Below are positions 18,269-26,510 of a stretch of DNA of 64,000 nt, one piece after another. Origin of the DNA: Pyrinomonadaceae bacterium (GTDB lineage: Bacteria; Acidobacteriota; Blastocatellia; Pyrinomonadales; Pyrinomonadaceae); the NCBI GenBank assembly GCA_046313635.1, contig JBKBYA010000009.1:1-64000 (forward strand), given 5' to 3'. Every line of letters begins with the position of its first letter. The stretch's first letter is position 1. Below the pieces are notes generated by a model. The model was not told the DNA's origin, made no database searches, and was given only the letters and a program-made list of their open reading frames with translations. Both the position numbers and the translations under genes were made by a program.

Positions 18269-20395
18269 TCATTTGCGTGCGACGGGAACGTCGCCGTTTA
18301 GTCCGAACTGCGTCGCGATGAACTGATCGTCCGAACTTCGCAGCACATACCAGACACCCGTCGACGGCCTGAAGACCGCGAGGTCAAACCGCCCGTCCCG
18401 ATCGTGATCGACCGAGACCGGAATGTCGCCGTTCTGTCCCCATTGCCTCGCCGTAAACCCGCCATTCGAGCTCTTGAGCGTGTACCAGACGCCGGTCTCC
18501 GGACGGAAGACGTTGAGATCGTCCCGACCGTCGCCGTCAAAGTCCCCGTACACCGGCACGTCGCCCGCCTGTCCAAACTTCGCGCCGCCAAAGCGTCCGT
18601 CCGAGCTTCGCAGCCAGTACCACGTTCCCGTCGAAGGCCTGTACACCGCGATGTCGTCGCGACCGTCGCCGTCGGTGTCCATCGGGATCGGCCTGTCCTC
18701 GGCGATGCCGAAGTTAAGGATCACGAAGCCCGAATTGTCGCTCTTCTGGATGTACCAGACGCCGGTCGACGGACGATAGACCGCGATGTCGTGGCGGCCG
18801 TCGCCGTCAAAGTCGCCGCGGACCGGAACGTCCGAGGCAAACCCGAACTGCGTCGAGGAGACGCCGCCGTCCGAGCTGCGGAGGATGAACCACACGCCCG
18901 CGCCGTTGACGCCGCGGAAGACCGCCGAGTCCGTCTTGCCGTCGCCGTCGTAATCGCCCGAGACGACAACGTCGGTCGAGCCGCCAAAGAGCTGCGACGT
19001 CACGCCGGCAGAATTCTGCGAGTACCAGACGCCCGTCGACGGACGATAGAGAGCGATGTCGCCCGCACCGTCGCCGTCAAAGTCGCCCTCGCCGCCTCGC
19101 TGCCGAAAGCCTCCGCGGATCTCGCCGTTAGGATTGCTGACGCTTGTGATCACCGCAGACCACATTCCGGCACGCAGCTGCTGAACCTGCGCCGCCGTGA
19201 CGTCGAATGTGACGCTGGCAAAGTTGCCGTTCGTCCCGCCGACGACGCCGAGGTCGCGGATCGTGGTAACGGTCGTCGTCAGCGCCTCGATGCGTGCGCC
19301 CGTCTGATTGCTCGAGAGATTGTGAAATTCGCCAAAGACGGTCGCCTGCGTCTCGGTCGCGTTGAGCGTGACCTTGATCTCGCCGGTCGCTGCCGTATTC
19401 ACGGGCGGAGTGACGCCGCTGCCGACGAGGTGCGACTCGAACGAGCGTCCGAGCTGCGGTGTCGGGCTGCCGGTCGGGCTCGGGCTCGGCGTCGGGCCCG
19501 TCATTCCCTGGAAGGTGCCCGACAGGATCGTCGTGCCGCCGCTGCTGAGCGTGATCGTCGATCCGGCGACGACCGTCGGCACGGTCTGTCCGCGGTCGGA
19601 ACGCAGTCTCAGCTCGCCGCGGCCGCCGGCGTCGGTCAGCACGAGATTGCCGACCGGGACGTTGCTGACCACGACGCCGAGCGACGTGCCGATCGGCAGA
19701 TTGACCTGCCGGACCTCGACCTCGATCTCCGTGCGGCTGCTGTGCAGTTCAAATTGCGCGTAGCCGAATGGCAGTACGCCGTTGAGTGTCGGCCCCGTCA
19801 GCGCCGCAAAGAGGTCGCCCGCGTTAGGCGTGCCGGTCGGTGAGGGTGAAGCGGTCGGCGAAGGCGAGGCCGTCGGCGACGGACTTGCCGTTCCCGTCGG
19901 CGAAGGGCTCGGGCTAGCCGTGCCGGTCGGCGTCGGCGTCGGCGTGCCGCTGCCGCCCGGGAATGCTCCGGCGACGAGAACGGTCGAGCCGCTGCGGACC
20001 TCGACGCGCGATCCGTCGTTCACCGGCGGCACCTGCTGGCCGTTCTCGGTTCGCAGCTTTAGCCGGCCGCGTTGATCGGTGCCGAGCGGGAATGTCCCGA
20101 TCGCGCTGCCGTCGATGACGGCGGTCAGGATGCTGCCGGCCGCGATTGTGCTCACGTCTTCGATCTCGACCTCGAGTTCGCGGTTGCCGCTCGCGTAGAG
20201 CTGCCATGTCGCGACGCCGTGCGGGTTGACGCTGCCCGTCGGCGAAACCAAATTAGCCGTCTTGACCGCGACGACCGGAGTGTTGTCGGCCTTGGCGGCG
20301 TCGCCGATAAAGGGCACCGATGCCCACGCGACCAGCGCCGCGAGTGCGAGTGCCAACTTCCAAAAACGTTTGTTGCCTGGAATGCTGCTTTTCAT
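18269..20395 (-). CDS. Secreted multidomain protein: two repeated beta-rich domains, P/T/S linkers, CHRD-like domain, FG-GAP-like repeats
   Basis: Signal peptide; duplicated EVE..V...G..L......G......G.L.LR...GQ.VP domain; PNGEIRG CHRD end; five D.D.DG..D..V.R repeats. Confidence 0.88.
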   Translation of the reverse strand: MKSSIPGNKRFWKLALALAALVAWASVPFIGDAAKADNTPVVAVKTANLVSPTGSVNPHGVATWQLYASGNRELEVEIEDVSTIAAGSILTAVIDGSAIGTFPLGTDQRGRLKLRTENGQQVPPVNDGSRVEVRSGSTVLVAGAFPGGSGTPTPTPTGTASPSPSPTGTASPSPTASPSPTASPSPTGTPNAGDLFAALTGPTLNGVLPFGYAQFELHSSRTEIEVEVRQVNLPIGTSLGVVVSNVPVGNLVLTDAGGRGELRLRSDRGQTVPTVVAGSTITLSSGGTTILSGTFQGMTGPTPSPSPTGSPTPQLGRSFESHLVGSGVTPPVNTAATGEIKVTLNATETQATVFGEFHNLSSNQTGARIEALTTTVTTIRDLGVVGGTNGNFASVTFDVTAAQVQQLRAGMWSAVITSVSNPNGEIRGGFRQRGGEGDFDGDGAGDIALYRPSTGVWYSQNSAGVTSQLFGGSTDVVVSGDYDGDGKTDSAVFRGVNGAGVWFILRSSDGGVSSTQFGFASDVPVRGDFDGDGRHDIAVYRPSTGVWYIQKSDNSGFVILNFGIAEDRPIPMDTDGDGRDDIAVYRPSTGTWYWLRSSDGRFGGAKFGQAGDVPVYGDFDGDGRDDLNVFRPETGVWYTLKSSNGGFTARQWGQNGDIPVSVDHDRDGRFDLAVFRPSTGVWYVLRSSDDQFIATQFGLNGDVPVARK

Positions 20396-20477
20396 TTCTT
20401 TTCTTCCTTTTTCTAAAGTCTTTCGCGTCAGTGATCCGTGTCAGAGATAGAAGCTCGTAGATCGCCTTGTCGTGAGA

Positions 20478-20506
20478 ACAGTGCGGAGTGGGGCGCGAAA
20501 AAGACA
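20478..20506 (-). promoter_or_regulatory. Putative ECF promoter TGTCTTTTT-N14-CACTGT, copy 1 (CHRD/FG-GAP gene)
   Basis: Same motif and 29-bp span as 22196-22224 and 25722-25750. Confidence 0.8.
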
Positions 20507-20610
20507 CGACGGGAAAAAAGAATTCGGCATTCCGATCCGAAAAAATTCGGCCGGATCGGACGGACGCGTGGGCGACCCTCGCAGGAGCAAGTCATTCAGC
20601 TTGCCCTCTT

Positions 20611-20670
20611 TCGGGCTCTGCCCGTCTATTTGCGGAAAAGCTCTGCTTTTCCGCAAATAGAGCGGCAAAG
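20611..20670. repeat. Palindromic repeat with a perfect 16-bp stem
   Basis: CTATTTGCGGAAAAGC-TCT-GCTTTTCCGCAAATAG (20626-20660); homologous to 12851-12913. Confidence 0.8.
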
Positions 20671-20725
20671 CAGAAGAAGCAAATTGGACGGCAGGGCCGC
20701 AAGAGTTGAGTGTGAAGGAAAGCGC

Positions 20726-20752
20726 AAAAAAAGGCCGCCAATTCGGGCGGCC
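20726..20752 (-). terminator. Intrinsic terminator of the S8 protease gene
   Basis: GGCCGCC stem followed by T7 on the minus strand. Confidence 0.7.
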
Positions 20753-20796
20753 GTATTCAGCGGAACTCAATAGAAAGGATAAAAGATCTCAGGCCG

Positions 20797-22185
20797 TCAC
20801 TGCCCGGTACACAGCCGGTTATCCGTCACCGCGCAGAAGGCGTCGACCCGGGCCGTCCTGATCGCGCCGCGCGTCGGATGGACAAAATCCCACTGCAGCC
20901 CGGTGTCCTCGATCTGCTCGACGATCTGATCCGGCGTGAGATTTGGGAACGCTCCTTTTATCAAGGCCGCGATGCCGGCCGCGATCGGGGCGGCCATCGA
21001 CGTGCCGGACCAAACGCCAAACCGCCCGCCCGGCAGAGCGCTGACGATATTCTCGCCCGGCGCCGCCGCGCGTATGAATCGCTGACTTCCGCTCGTACCG
21101 ACCGACATCGTCGTAAAGTCCGCGAGCCGATCGTACCGAGTCGTCGCGGCGACGCCGATCTGCGCATCGACGCGGTCACCGGCCGGGTAGATCGGAGAGC
21201 CGTTGCCGCCGTTGCCGGCACCCGAGGCGACCGTCACGTTGTTAAGCAGTTCCGGAAATGTCTTGACGCCCGGCAGAGGCGTGCCGTCGCAGTTGTCGAG
21301 CAGATCGTGCAGCAGGCGCGGGTCCGAGTTGTAGCCAAAGCTGATATTGACGATGTCGGCGCCGTGATTCGCCGCCCAGATGATCGCCGCCGTCACGCGC
21401 CACAATTCGCCGCTGCCGTCCGTGCCGAGCACTCGGATCGGCATGATCTTGGCGTCGGGTGCGACCATCGCGGCGATCCCGGCGACATGCGTACCGTGGC
21501 CGTAGACAGCATCTTGGCGGAGCACGCCGACCTCTCGAGGATCGGGGTCGTCGTCGACAAAGTCGTAGCCCGGCACCAGCCTGCCTTCAAAAATCGGATG
21601 GTCCGGGTCGATCCCCGTATCGAGCACGGCGATCACGACCGGCCGCCGCGGCCCGCCGGGAGTCGAGGGCGGCATCGAGCCGCGATTAACTTTATGGGCT
21701 GCGTCCAGGCGGATCAGGTCGAGGAAGTACTGCCGCGCGTAGCCCTTGACGCTGCCGCCGATCGCCCACGAGCGCCCGATCGCCCACGAACGGCCGAGCG
21801 TCCAAGGGAGACCTTCTTTTTCGGCTGCCGAGAGTTTCTTGTTTGTTTCGACGCGGGAGACGCGAGCGTCCTGCGACATCTGGGTGACCAGGGCGCACGG
21901 CGTCCGGCCGTTGTCAGGCCGCATACGCATACGGTATGTCGCCGGCTGGCCGACCTGCCCGAGCGGCGTCGGTTCGAGGCCGTACTGCGTCGCGACGGCG
22001 GCGAGATCGGCCGGATTGACGAGGTCGAGGAGCACCTCGTTCGGCACCGCGTCGCAGACGCCCTGCGCATTTGCAACGCCGCCCAAGACGGCCGCGGCCG
22101 CAATTATCGCAAGCCGAGCGGCGAGGCTCCGCAGGATCCGCGCTCCGGCCCGCATTAGGCAAAAACTGTGGGGAATACTTCTCAT
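20797..22185 (-). CDS. S8 family (subtilisin-like) serine protease, secreted
   Basis: Catalytic triad VLDTG / HGTHVAG / GTSMAAP; AGN oxyanion; signal peptide and prodomain. Confidence 0.95.
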   Translation of the reverse strand: MRSIPHSFCLMRAGARILRSLAARLAIIAAAAVLGGVANAQGVCDAVPNEVLLDLVNPADLAAVATQYGLEPTPLGQVGQPATYRMRMRPDNGRTPCALVTQMSQDARVSRVETNKKLSAAEKEGLPWTLGRSWAIGRSWAIGGSVKGYARQYFLDLIRLDAAHKVNRGSMPPSTPGGPRRPVVIAVLDTGIDPDHPIFEGRLVPGYDFVDDDPDPREVGVLRQDAVYGHGTHVAGIAAMVAPDAKIMPIRVLGTDGSGELWRVTAAIIWAANHGADIVNISFGYNSDPRLLHDLLDNCDGTPLPGVKTFPELLNNVTVASGAGNGGNGSPIYPAGDRVDAQIGVAATTRYDRLADFTTMSVGTSGSQRFIRAAAPGENIVSALPGGRFGVWSGTSMAAPIAAGIAALIKGAFPNLTPDQIVEQIEDTGLQWDFVHPTRGAIRTARVDAFCAVTDNRLCTGQ

Positions 22186-22195
22186 AGCCGTTGAA

Positions 22196-22224
22196 ACAGT
22201 GTCGCGCGAAAGGGAAAAAAGACA
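22196..22224 (-). promoter_or_regulatory. Putative ECF promoter, copy 2 (S8 gene)
   Basis: TGTCTTTTTTCCCTTTCGCGCGACACTGT, 10 nt upstream of ATG 22185. Confidence 0.8.
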
Positions 22225-22236
22225 ACGAGGCCGAGA

Positions 22237-25062
22237 TCATTTTCCGATCGCGACAAAGGGCGACCAGAAATACGGGTGCTCATCCCGGCGAATAAATTCG
22301 TGCTGGGCCTCTCGCAAAGATGCGGCCGGTGCGAGGCCGCGTTGCAGGCCGCGGTAAAAGAGCTTCATCAGCCGTTCGGTCGAGGCGTCGTTGACGGTCC
22401 ATAAACTCACGACCAGCGAGCTCGCCCCGGCGGACAAAAATCCGCGAGCCAGACCGAGCAGCTCCTCGCCGGCAAAGACCTCGCTGAGGCCCGTCTCGCA
22501 GCCGCTCAGCGTGACAAGCTCGGCGGCGATCCGCTGCCGCGCAAGATCGTTCACGGTTATCCAGCCGTCGGCGAGGCGAAGGTTTGAGAACATCGGATTG
22601 TCGACGCGAAACTGCCCGTGACACGCAAAGTGTAAGAGCGACGCGCGCGGCACGAGTCGCTCGACGGATGCTACGGTCGCCGCGCCGCCCGCGAGCAGAT
22701 CGCTCCCCGCGAACGCCTTTGACAGATGCGCGGCCTCGGTCTCGGCGAGCGGTATCGCGTCGTCCGCACACCCGACAAAGAGAGCCTTTTCGCCGAGTGC
22801 CGGCCTCCGCTGCCGCTCGTCGAGCCGCATCCAGACTGCAGCGCTGGGCGCGAGGCGGAGGCTTCGGCGCTCGATAAGATATTCGCCGTCGCCGCGCCGC
22901 AGCGCCGGAAACGGGATGTAATGCAGCGACGCCGCAGGCACGACGAGCAGGTCGCGTTCGCCGAGCGCGGGCTCGAGCGGAGCAACGAGCATCTCGTAGA
23001 TCTGCAAGAGCACCGCGTCGGTGCGGCGCTTGAGCTCGGGAATGAACGGCCCGAGCCCGGCCGCTCCGTAGCGGAGCGTCGAGAATTGAAATCGCAGCTT
23101 TTGCAAAAGCTCATCGACCGCCGCGAGCCCGACGCCGAGTCGAATGTGCCGCACTTTGCCCGAAGCGACGACAAAGGCCGAGACTTCGCCGGTCTCTCCG
23201 CTCGCCACGTACTCGACGAGCGCGAGATCGCGGCTGTCTAGTCTCTTTCGAAGCGCCGCGATCGAAAATCGCCGCCGCGACGAAGAGGACGTGCCCGAAA
23301 CCGCGAGGCTTGCCGAACGCCTCTCGAGATCGGCGAGCTCGCGCTCGAGTTTGCGGATGTCACGCTCGAGCTTATCGTCCTGAGCGCGGTCCGAGCGGCG
23401 GTCGAGCCGCGCGTACGACCAGTTGAGCCGCTCGCGGACGGCGGCGATCTCGCTATCGAGTTCTCGCGAGCCGCGCCGTGGCGCACGCGCGTCCATCGCG
23501 TCGAGCAGCACTCGCGAGCGCGCCCTTTCGGTGATCTCGAGCGCGTCGTCGACGCGGCCCTCTTCGATCGCGATCTCGGCGAGACGCTCGATTGGCTTGA
23601 GTCGTCCGGCCACGATCGACATCCGGGCGCGTTCGACGGCGAGACCGCTCGACAGTGCTTCGACGGCGGCCGCGGCCGCCTCGAATGATCGTCTTGCGTC
23701 GTCGCGTCGACCGGCAGCGAGCTCGATCTCGCCGAGCGACGCCGCGGCCGCGGCCTCGATCGCGAGCTGGCCGTTATGCCGGGCCGAGGCGGCGAGGTGC
23801 TCGAGCTTTTTTGCCGCGGCCGAGGTTTTTCCGCGGCTGATGTCGAGCTCGCACTGCAGCCATTCGGCGGTCAGCCTTTCGCCCAGACGGCCGCCGGCGC
23901 CGAGTATCCTGCGCACCTTTCGGATCTCGGCGTCGGCCTCCTCGAGCCGGCCGGCCGTCAGGGCAAGCTCGGCCGCGCGCAGACGCGCTCGGGCCTGCCC
24001 CAGCCGGTTGCGTTCGCGGGCAAAGATCTCAGACGCCTGGGCGATCTCTCGAGCGGCGATCGTGCGCCGGCTGAGCCGAGCGGCGCTGTCGGCCGCGCGC
24101 AGGCGGGCCCGCGCCTCCTCGGCCGGGAGCCGCAGCTTTTTGAGTTTTTTTGCGAGAGGGGCGGCCAACGCAAACGCTTCGTCGAGCAGGTTGAGCTCGC
24201 CGTAAATGTCTGCGATCTCGAGCGCGGCGATCGCGGTCTGGTGCGGCATTCCGAGCTTTTCAAATTTGAGACGCGACGCCTCGAGCAGCCGCAGCGCGGC
24301 CGCATGGTCGCCGCGAAACAGCGCCAGGTTGCCCATGCTCGCCTCGATCTCGGCCTCGGTCACGGTCATCCCGGCCCGGCGTGCCGTTGCGAGCGCCAAC
24401 GCAAAATACTCGTCCGCACGGCGAAAGTCGTTGAGCTCGGAATATGTATTCGCAAGTCCGTTCTCGGCCATCGCCTGCCATTCGGTCTCGCCGATCCGTT
24501 TGAATCTCTCGCGCGCCGAAAGGCAAAACCTCTCGGCTGCCCGGTGGTCCTCGCGCCGCGCCGCGATGTTGCTGAGGTTGAGTTCGATCTTGGCCGCTGC
24601 CAAATCGTCGCCGAGCCGCTCGAACGTCCGCAGAAGGCGGCGGCCGGCCCGCAGCGCCTCTGCGTATTTGCCCGGCATCGCGAGGGCGATCAGCTTCGGC
24701 ACCTGCGTCTGCGCCGCGTCGCGGACCAGGCCCGCGCGTTTGAAGAGCCGGGCAGCGTCATCAAACCGATCGACCGCGCTGTCAAACGCTCCGCGTGTCA
24801 GGTCGGCGATCCCTGAGATCCATGCCGCAACCGCGTCGAGCTCGCGATCGTCAAAGCCCGCCGCGAGACTCGTCAGCGCGGCCGCAGCCCGTCGTGCCGA
24901 GGCCGGCTCGGTCGTCCAAGACGCGTAGCAAATGTCTTTTATGGCGCGGCCGACCGCCCGCGCGTATTCGACCGTTTGGATCGCGGCGGCGACCCGTCGC
25001 CGGCGGCTCTCTGACGAGGCCGCGACGAGCCGGCGAGCGAGACTCTTGTGAGGAGGAGGCAT
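22237..25062 (-). CDS. TPR-repeat CHAT domain (caspase/HetF-like) protease, cytoplasmic
   Basis: Long helical TPR region; LHYIPF.AL, LLHFACHG (His), VTLSGCETG (Cys), LVVSLW.V.D, HPYFWSPF; no signal peptide. Confidence 0.93.
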   Translation of the reverse strand: MPPPHKSLARRLVAASSESRRRRVAAAIQTVEYARAVGRAIKDICYASWTTEPASARRAAAALTSLAAGFDDRELDAVAAWISGIADLTRGAFDSAVDRFDDAARLFKRAGLVRDAAQTQVPKLIALAMPGKYAEALRAGRRLLRTFERLGDDLAAAKIELNLSNIAARREDHRAAERFCLSARERFKRIGETEWQAMAENGLANTYSELNDFRRADEYFALALATARRAGMTVTEAEIEASMGNLALFRGDHAAALRLLEASRLKFEKLGMPHQTAIAALEIADIYGELNLLDEAFALAAPLAKKLKKLRLPAEEARARLRAADSAARLSRRTIAAREIAQASEIFARERNRLGQARARLRAAELALTAGRLEEADAEIRKVRRILGAGGRLGERLTAEWLQCELDISRGKTSAAAKKLEHLAASARHNGQLAIEAAAAASLGEIELAAGRRDDARRSFEAAAAAVEALSSGLAVERARMSIVAGRLKPIERLAEIAIEEGRVDDALEITERARSRVLLDAMDARAPRRGSRELDSEIAAVRERLNWSYARLDRRSDRAQDDKLERDIRKLERELADLERRSASLAVSGTSSSSRRRFSIAALRKRLDSRDLALVEYVASGETGEVSAFVVASGKVRHIRLGVGLAAVDELLQKLRFQFSTLRYGAAGLGPFIPELKRRTDAVLLQIYEMLVAPLEPALGERDLLVVPAASLHYIPFPALRRGDGEYLIERRSLRLAPSAAVWMRLDERQRRPALGEKALFVGCADDAIPLAETEAAHLSKAFAGSDLLAGGAATVASVERLVPRASLLHFACHGQFRVDNPMFSNLRLADGWITVNDLARQRIAAELVTLSGCETGLSEVFAGEELLGLARGFLSAGASSLVVSLWTVNDASTERLMKLFYRGLQRGLAPAASLREAQHEFIRRDEHPYFWSPFVAIGK

Positions 25063-25089
25063 AGCTGAAGGGCAAGCGAATTATACAAA

Positions 25090-25132
25090 GAAAAAAGGCG
25101 AGAAGCCTCTGACAAACTTCTCGCCTTTTTTC
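25090..25132. terminator. Bidirectional terminator-like hairpin upstream of the CHAT gene
   Basis: Perfect 16-bp IR GAAAAAAGGCGAGAAG / CTTCTCGCCTTTTTTC. Confidence 0.8.
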
Positions 25133-25173
25133 GCTTCCTCGGTCCTCGCCACCGGATGGTCCGCAGCCGCGGC

Positions 25174-25686
25174 CTACCGGATGTCGAGGCCGGGGATCAC
25201 GATCTCGCCGCCGTCCGCGTCGCGGACCGTAAGCTCGTAAGACGCGGCGGGGATCTTCCTGAATTCAAATTCGCTCGCGTCGCTGACCGTCGCGACCGAC
25301 TCAAATCCCTCGGCCGACAGCGTGACGGTCGCGGCGCTCGAGACCGGCCCGAGTATCTGGCCCGCGAGATCGAACCGCTTTCCTTTGGCCGGCCGCACAC
25401 GCAGGTCGATCGCAAACTCGTTCGCCGAAAAGAGCATCTGCCGCTCCGCCGCCGCGCCGGCCGAACGCTCGCCGAACGCGGGCCGCCGGCCGCCGAGTTC
25501 CGCGGTGAGAGTGGCGAAGATCTTGCGGATGGCCGAGCCCTGCCGGCTTTCAAGACGCGCCTCGATCGCACGCGGACGAAACAGCTCTTTAGCCCAGCTT
25601 ATCGACGCCGCCGGTGCGTCCACAGAGTCGTCGGTCCGCATCAGCTCGATGATCTTTTCGAGGTTGTCTTCGGTCGGGTTGTTCAT
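25174..25686 (-). CDS. Small soluble protein with C-terminal carboxypeptidase-regulatory/Ig-like domain; putative anti-sigma factor
   Basis: Directly downstream of the ECF sigma; helical N-terminus; RQMLFSA..IDLRV, GQILG, SEFEF..IP..SYEL beta domain; no TM. Anti-sigma role is inferred. Confidence 0.75.
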   Translation of the reverse strand: MNNPTEDNLEKIIELMRTDDSVDAPAASISWAKELFRPRAIEARLESRQGSAIRKIFATLTAELGGRRPAFGERSAGAAAERQMLFSANEFAIDLRVRPAKGKRFDLAGQILGPVSSAATVTLSAEGFESVATVSDASEFEFRKIPAASYELTVRDADGGEIVIPGLDIR

Positions 25687-25721
25687 TCTTGAGAATCTCA
25701 TTCTCTGATCGCTCCAACGGT

Positions 25722-25750
25722 ACAGTGCGGGCGACCACTCAAAAAAGACA
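25722..25750 (-). promoter_or_regulatory. Putative ECF promoter, copy 3 (putative anti-sigma gene)
   Basis: TGTCTTTTTTGAGTGGTCGCCCGCACTGT, 5 nt after the sigma stop codon. Confidence 0.8.
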
Positions 25751-25755
25751 CATTT

Positions 25756-26373
25756 TCAGCCGACGAGTATCTTGGCCAATTTTTTGAGGCACCGCGAGCG
25801 CAGGGGGCTGATGCTCGTCTCGCCGACGCCGATCTCGGCCGCGACCTCGGCGTAGCTCGCCGGCCGCTCGCTGAGATAGACCATTGTCAGAATTCGCCGG
25901 CAGCGGTCCTCGAGCTTCTTTAGTGCCGTGCGGATCAGGTGCTGCTGCTCGAGGCGCACGATGATCTCGTCGGCGAGCGGCGACGAGTCGGCGATACTCG
26001 CCATCTCGGCCTCCATCTCTTCGAGCGTGTCGGCCGGCCGCTCGAACCGGCCGCCGCGAACGGCCGCCCACGTTTTGAATTTCGCCGTCGTCACGATCCA
26101 CGAACGCAGACGTTCGGGCTGCTCGATCTCGTCGAGCTTTTCAAAGAGCGTCACAAAAACGTCTTGAAAGATATCCGACGACTGCTCCTCGCCGAGCCCG
26201 GCGCGGCGCGGGATGGCGTAGATCAGACGCTGGTAGCGGTCGACCAGCTCGTTCCACGCCTGCTGGTCGCCGCGGCGGCAGGCGTGCAGGAGTTCGGCGT
26301 CCGAGCGGGCAAGTTCGCCGGCCGGGAAGACGTCGTCCTTCTGGCTCTTGTCGAGTGTGGGATCAGGGCTCAC
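25756..26373 (-). CDS. ECF-type sigma-70 family RNA polymerase sigma factor
   Basis: DAELL..CRRGDQQAWNELVDRY region 2; SYAEVAAEIG..SISPLRSRCLKKL region 4. Start uncertain (GTG 26373 or ATG 26484). Confidence 0.92.
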   Translation of the reverse strand: MSPDPTLDKSQKDDVFPAGELARSDAELLHACRRGDQQAWNELVDRYQRLIYAIPRRAGLGEEQSSDIFQDVFVTLFEKLDEIEQPERLRSWIVTTAKFKTWAAVRGGRFERPADTLEEMEAEMASIADSSPLADEIIVRLEQQHLIRTALKKLEDRCRRILTMVYLSERPASYAEVAAEIGVGETSISPLRSRCLKKLAKILVG

Positions 26374-26510
26374 GAGGACTTGATTCTGAAATATGCGGCG
26401 GCATTTCGCAACGCGCAAGCGGCCTGCAGTGGGGCGTTGGTTTGGGCGCGAAGTGCTGTGATAAGCTTTCGTATTCGCAGCCATAAGGATTCATTAAGGC
26501 ATAAAAACGA

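Noticed and set aside
18340..19090. Regularly spaced ~40-bp DNA repeats resembling a CRISPR array
   Set aside because: They encode the FG-GAP-like protein repeats, vary at synonymous positions and are spaced ~165 bp apart.
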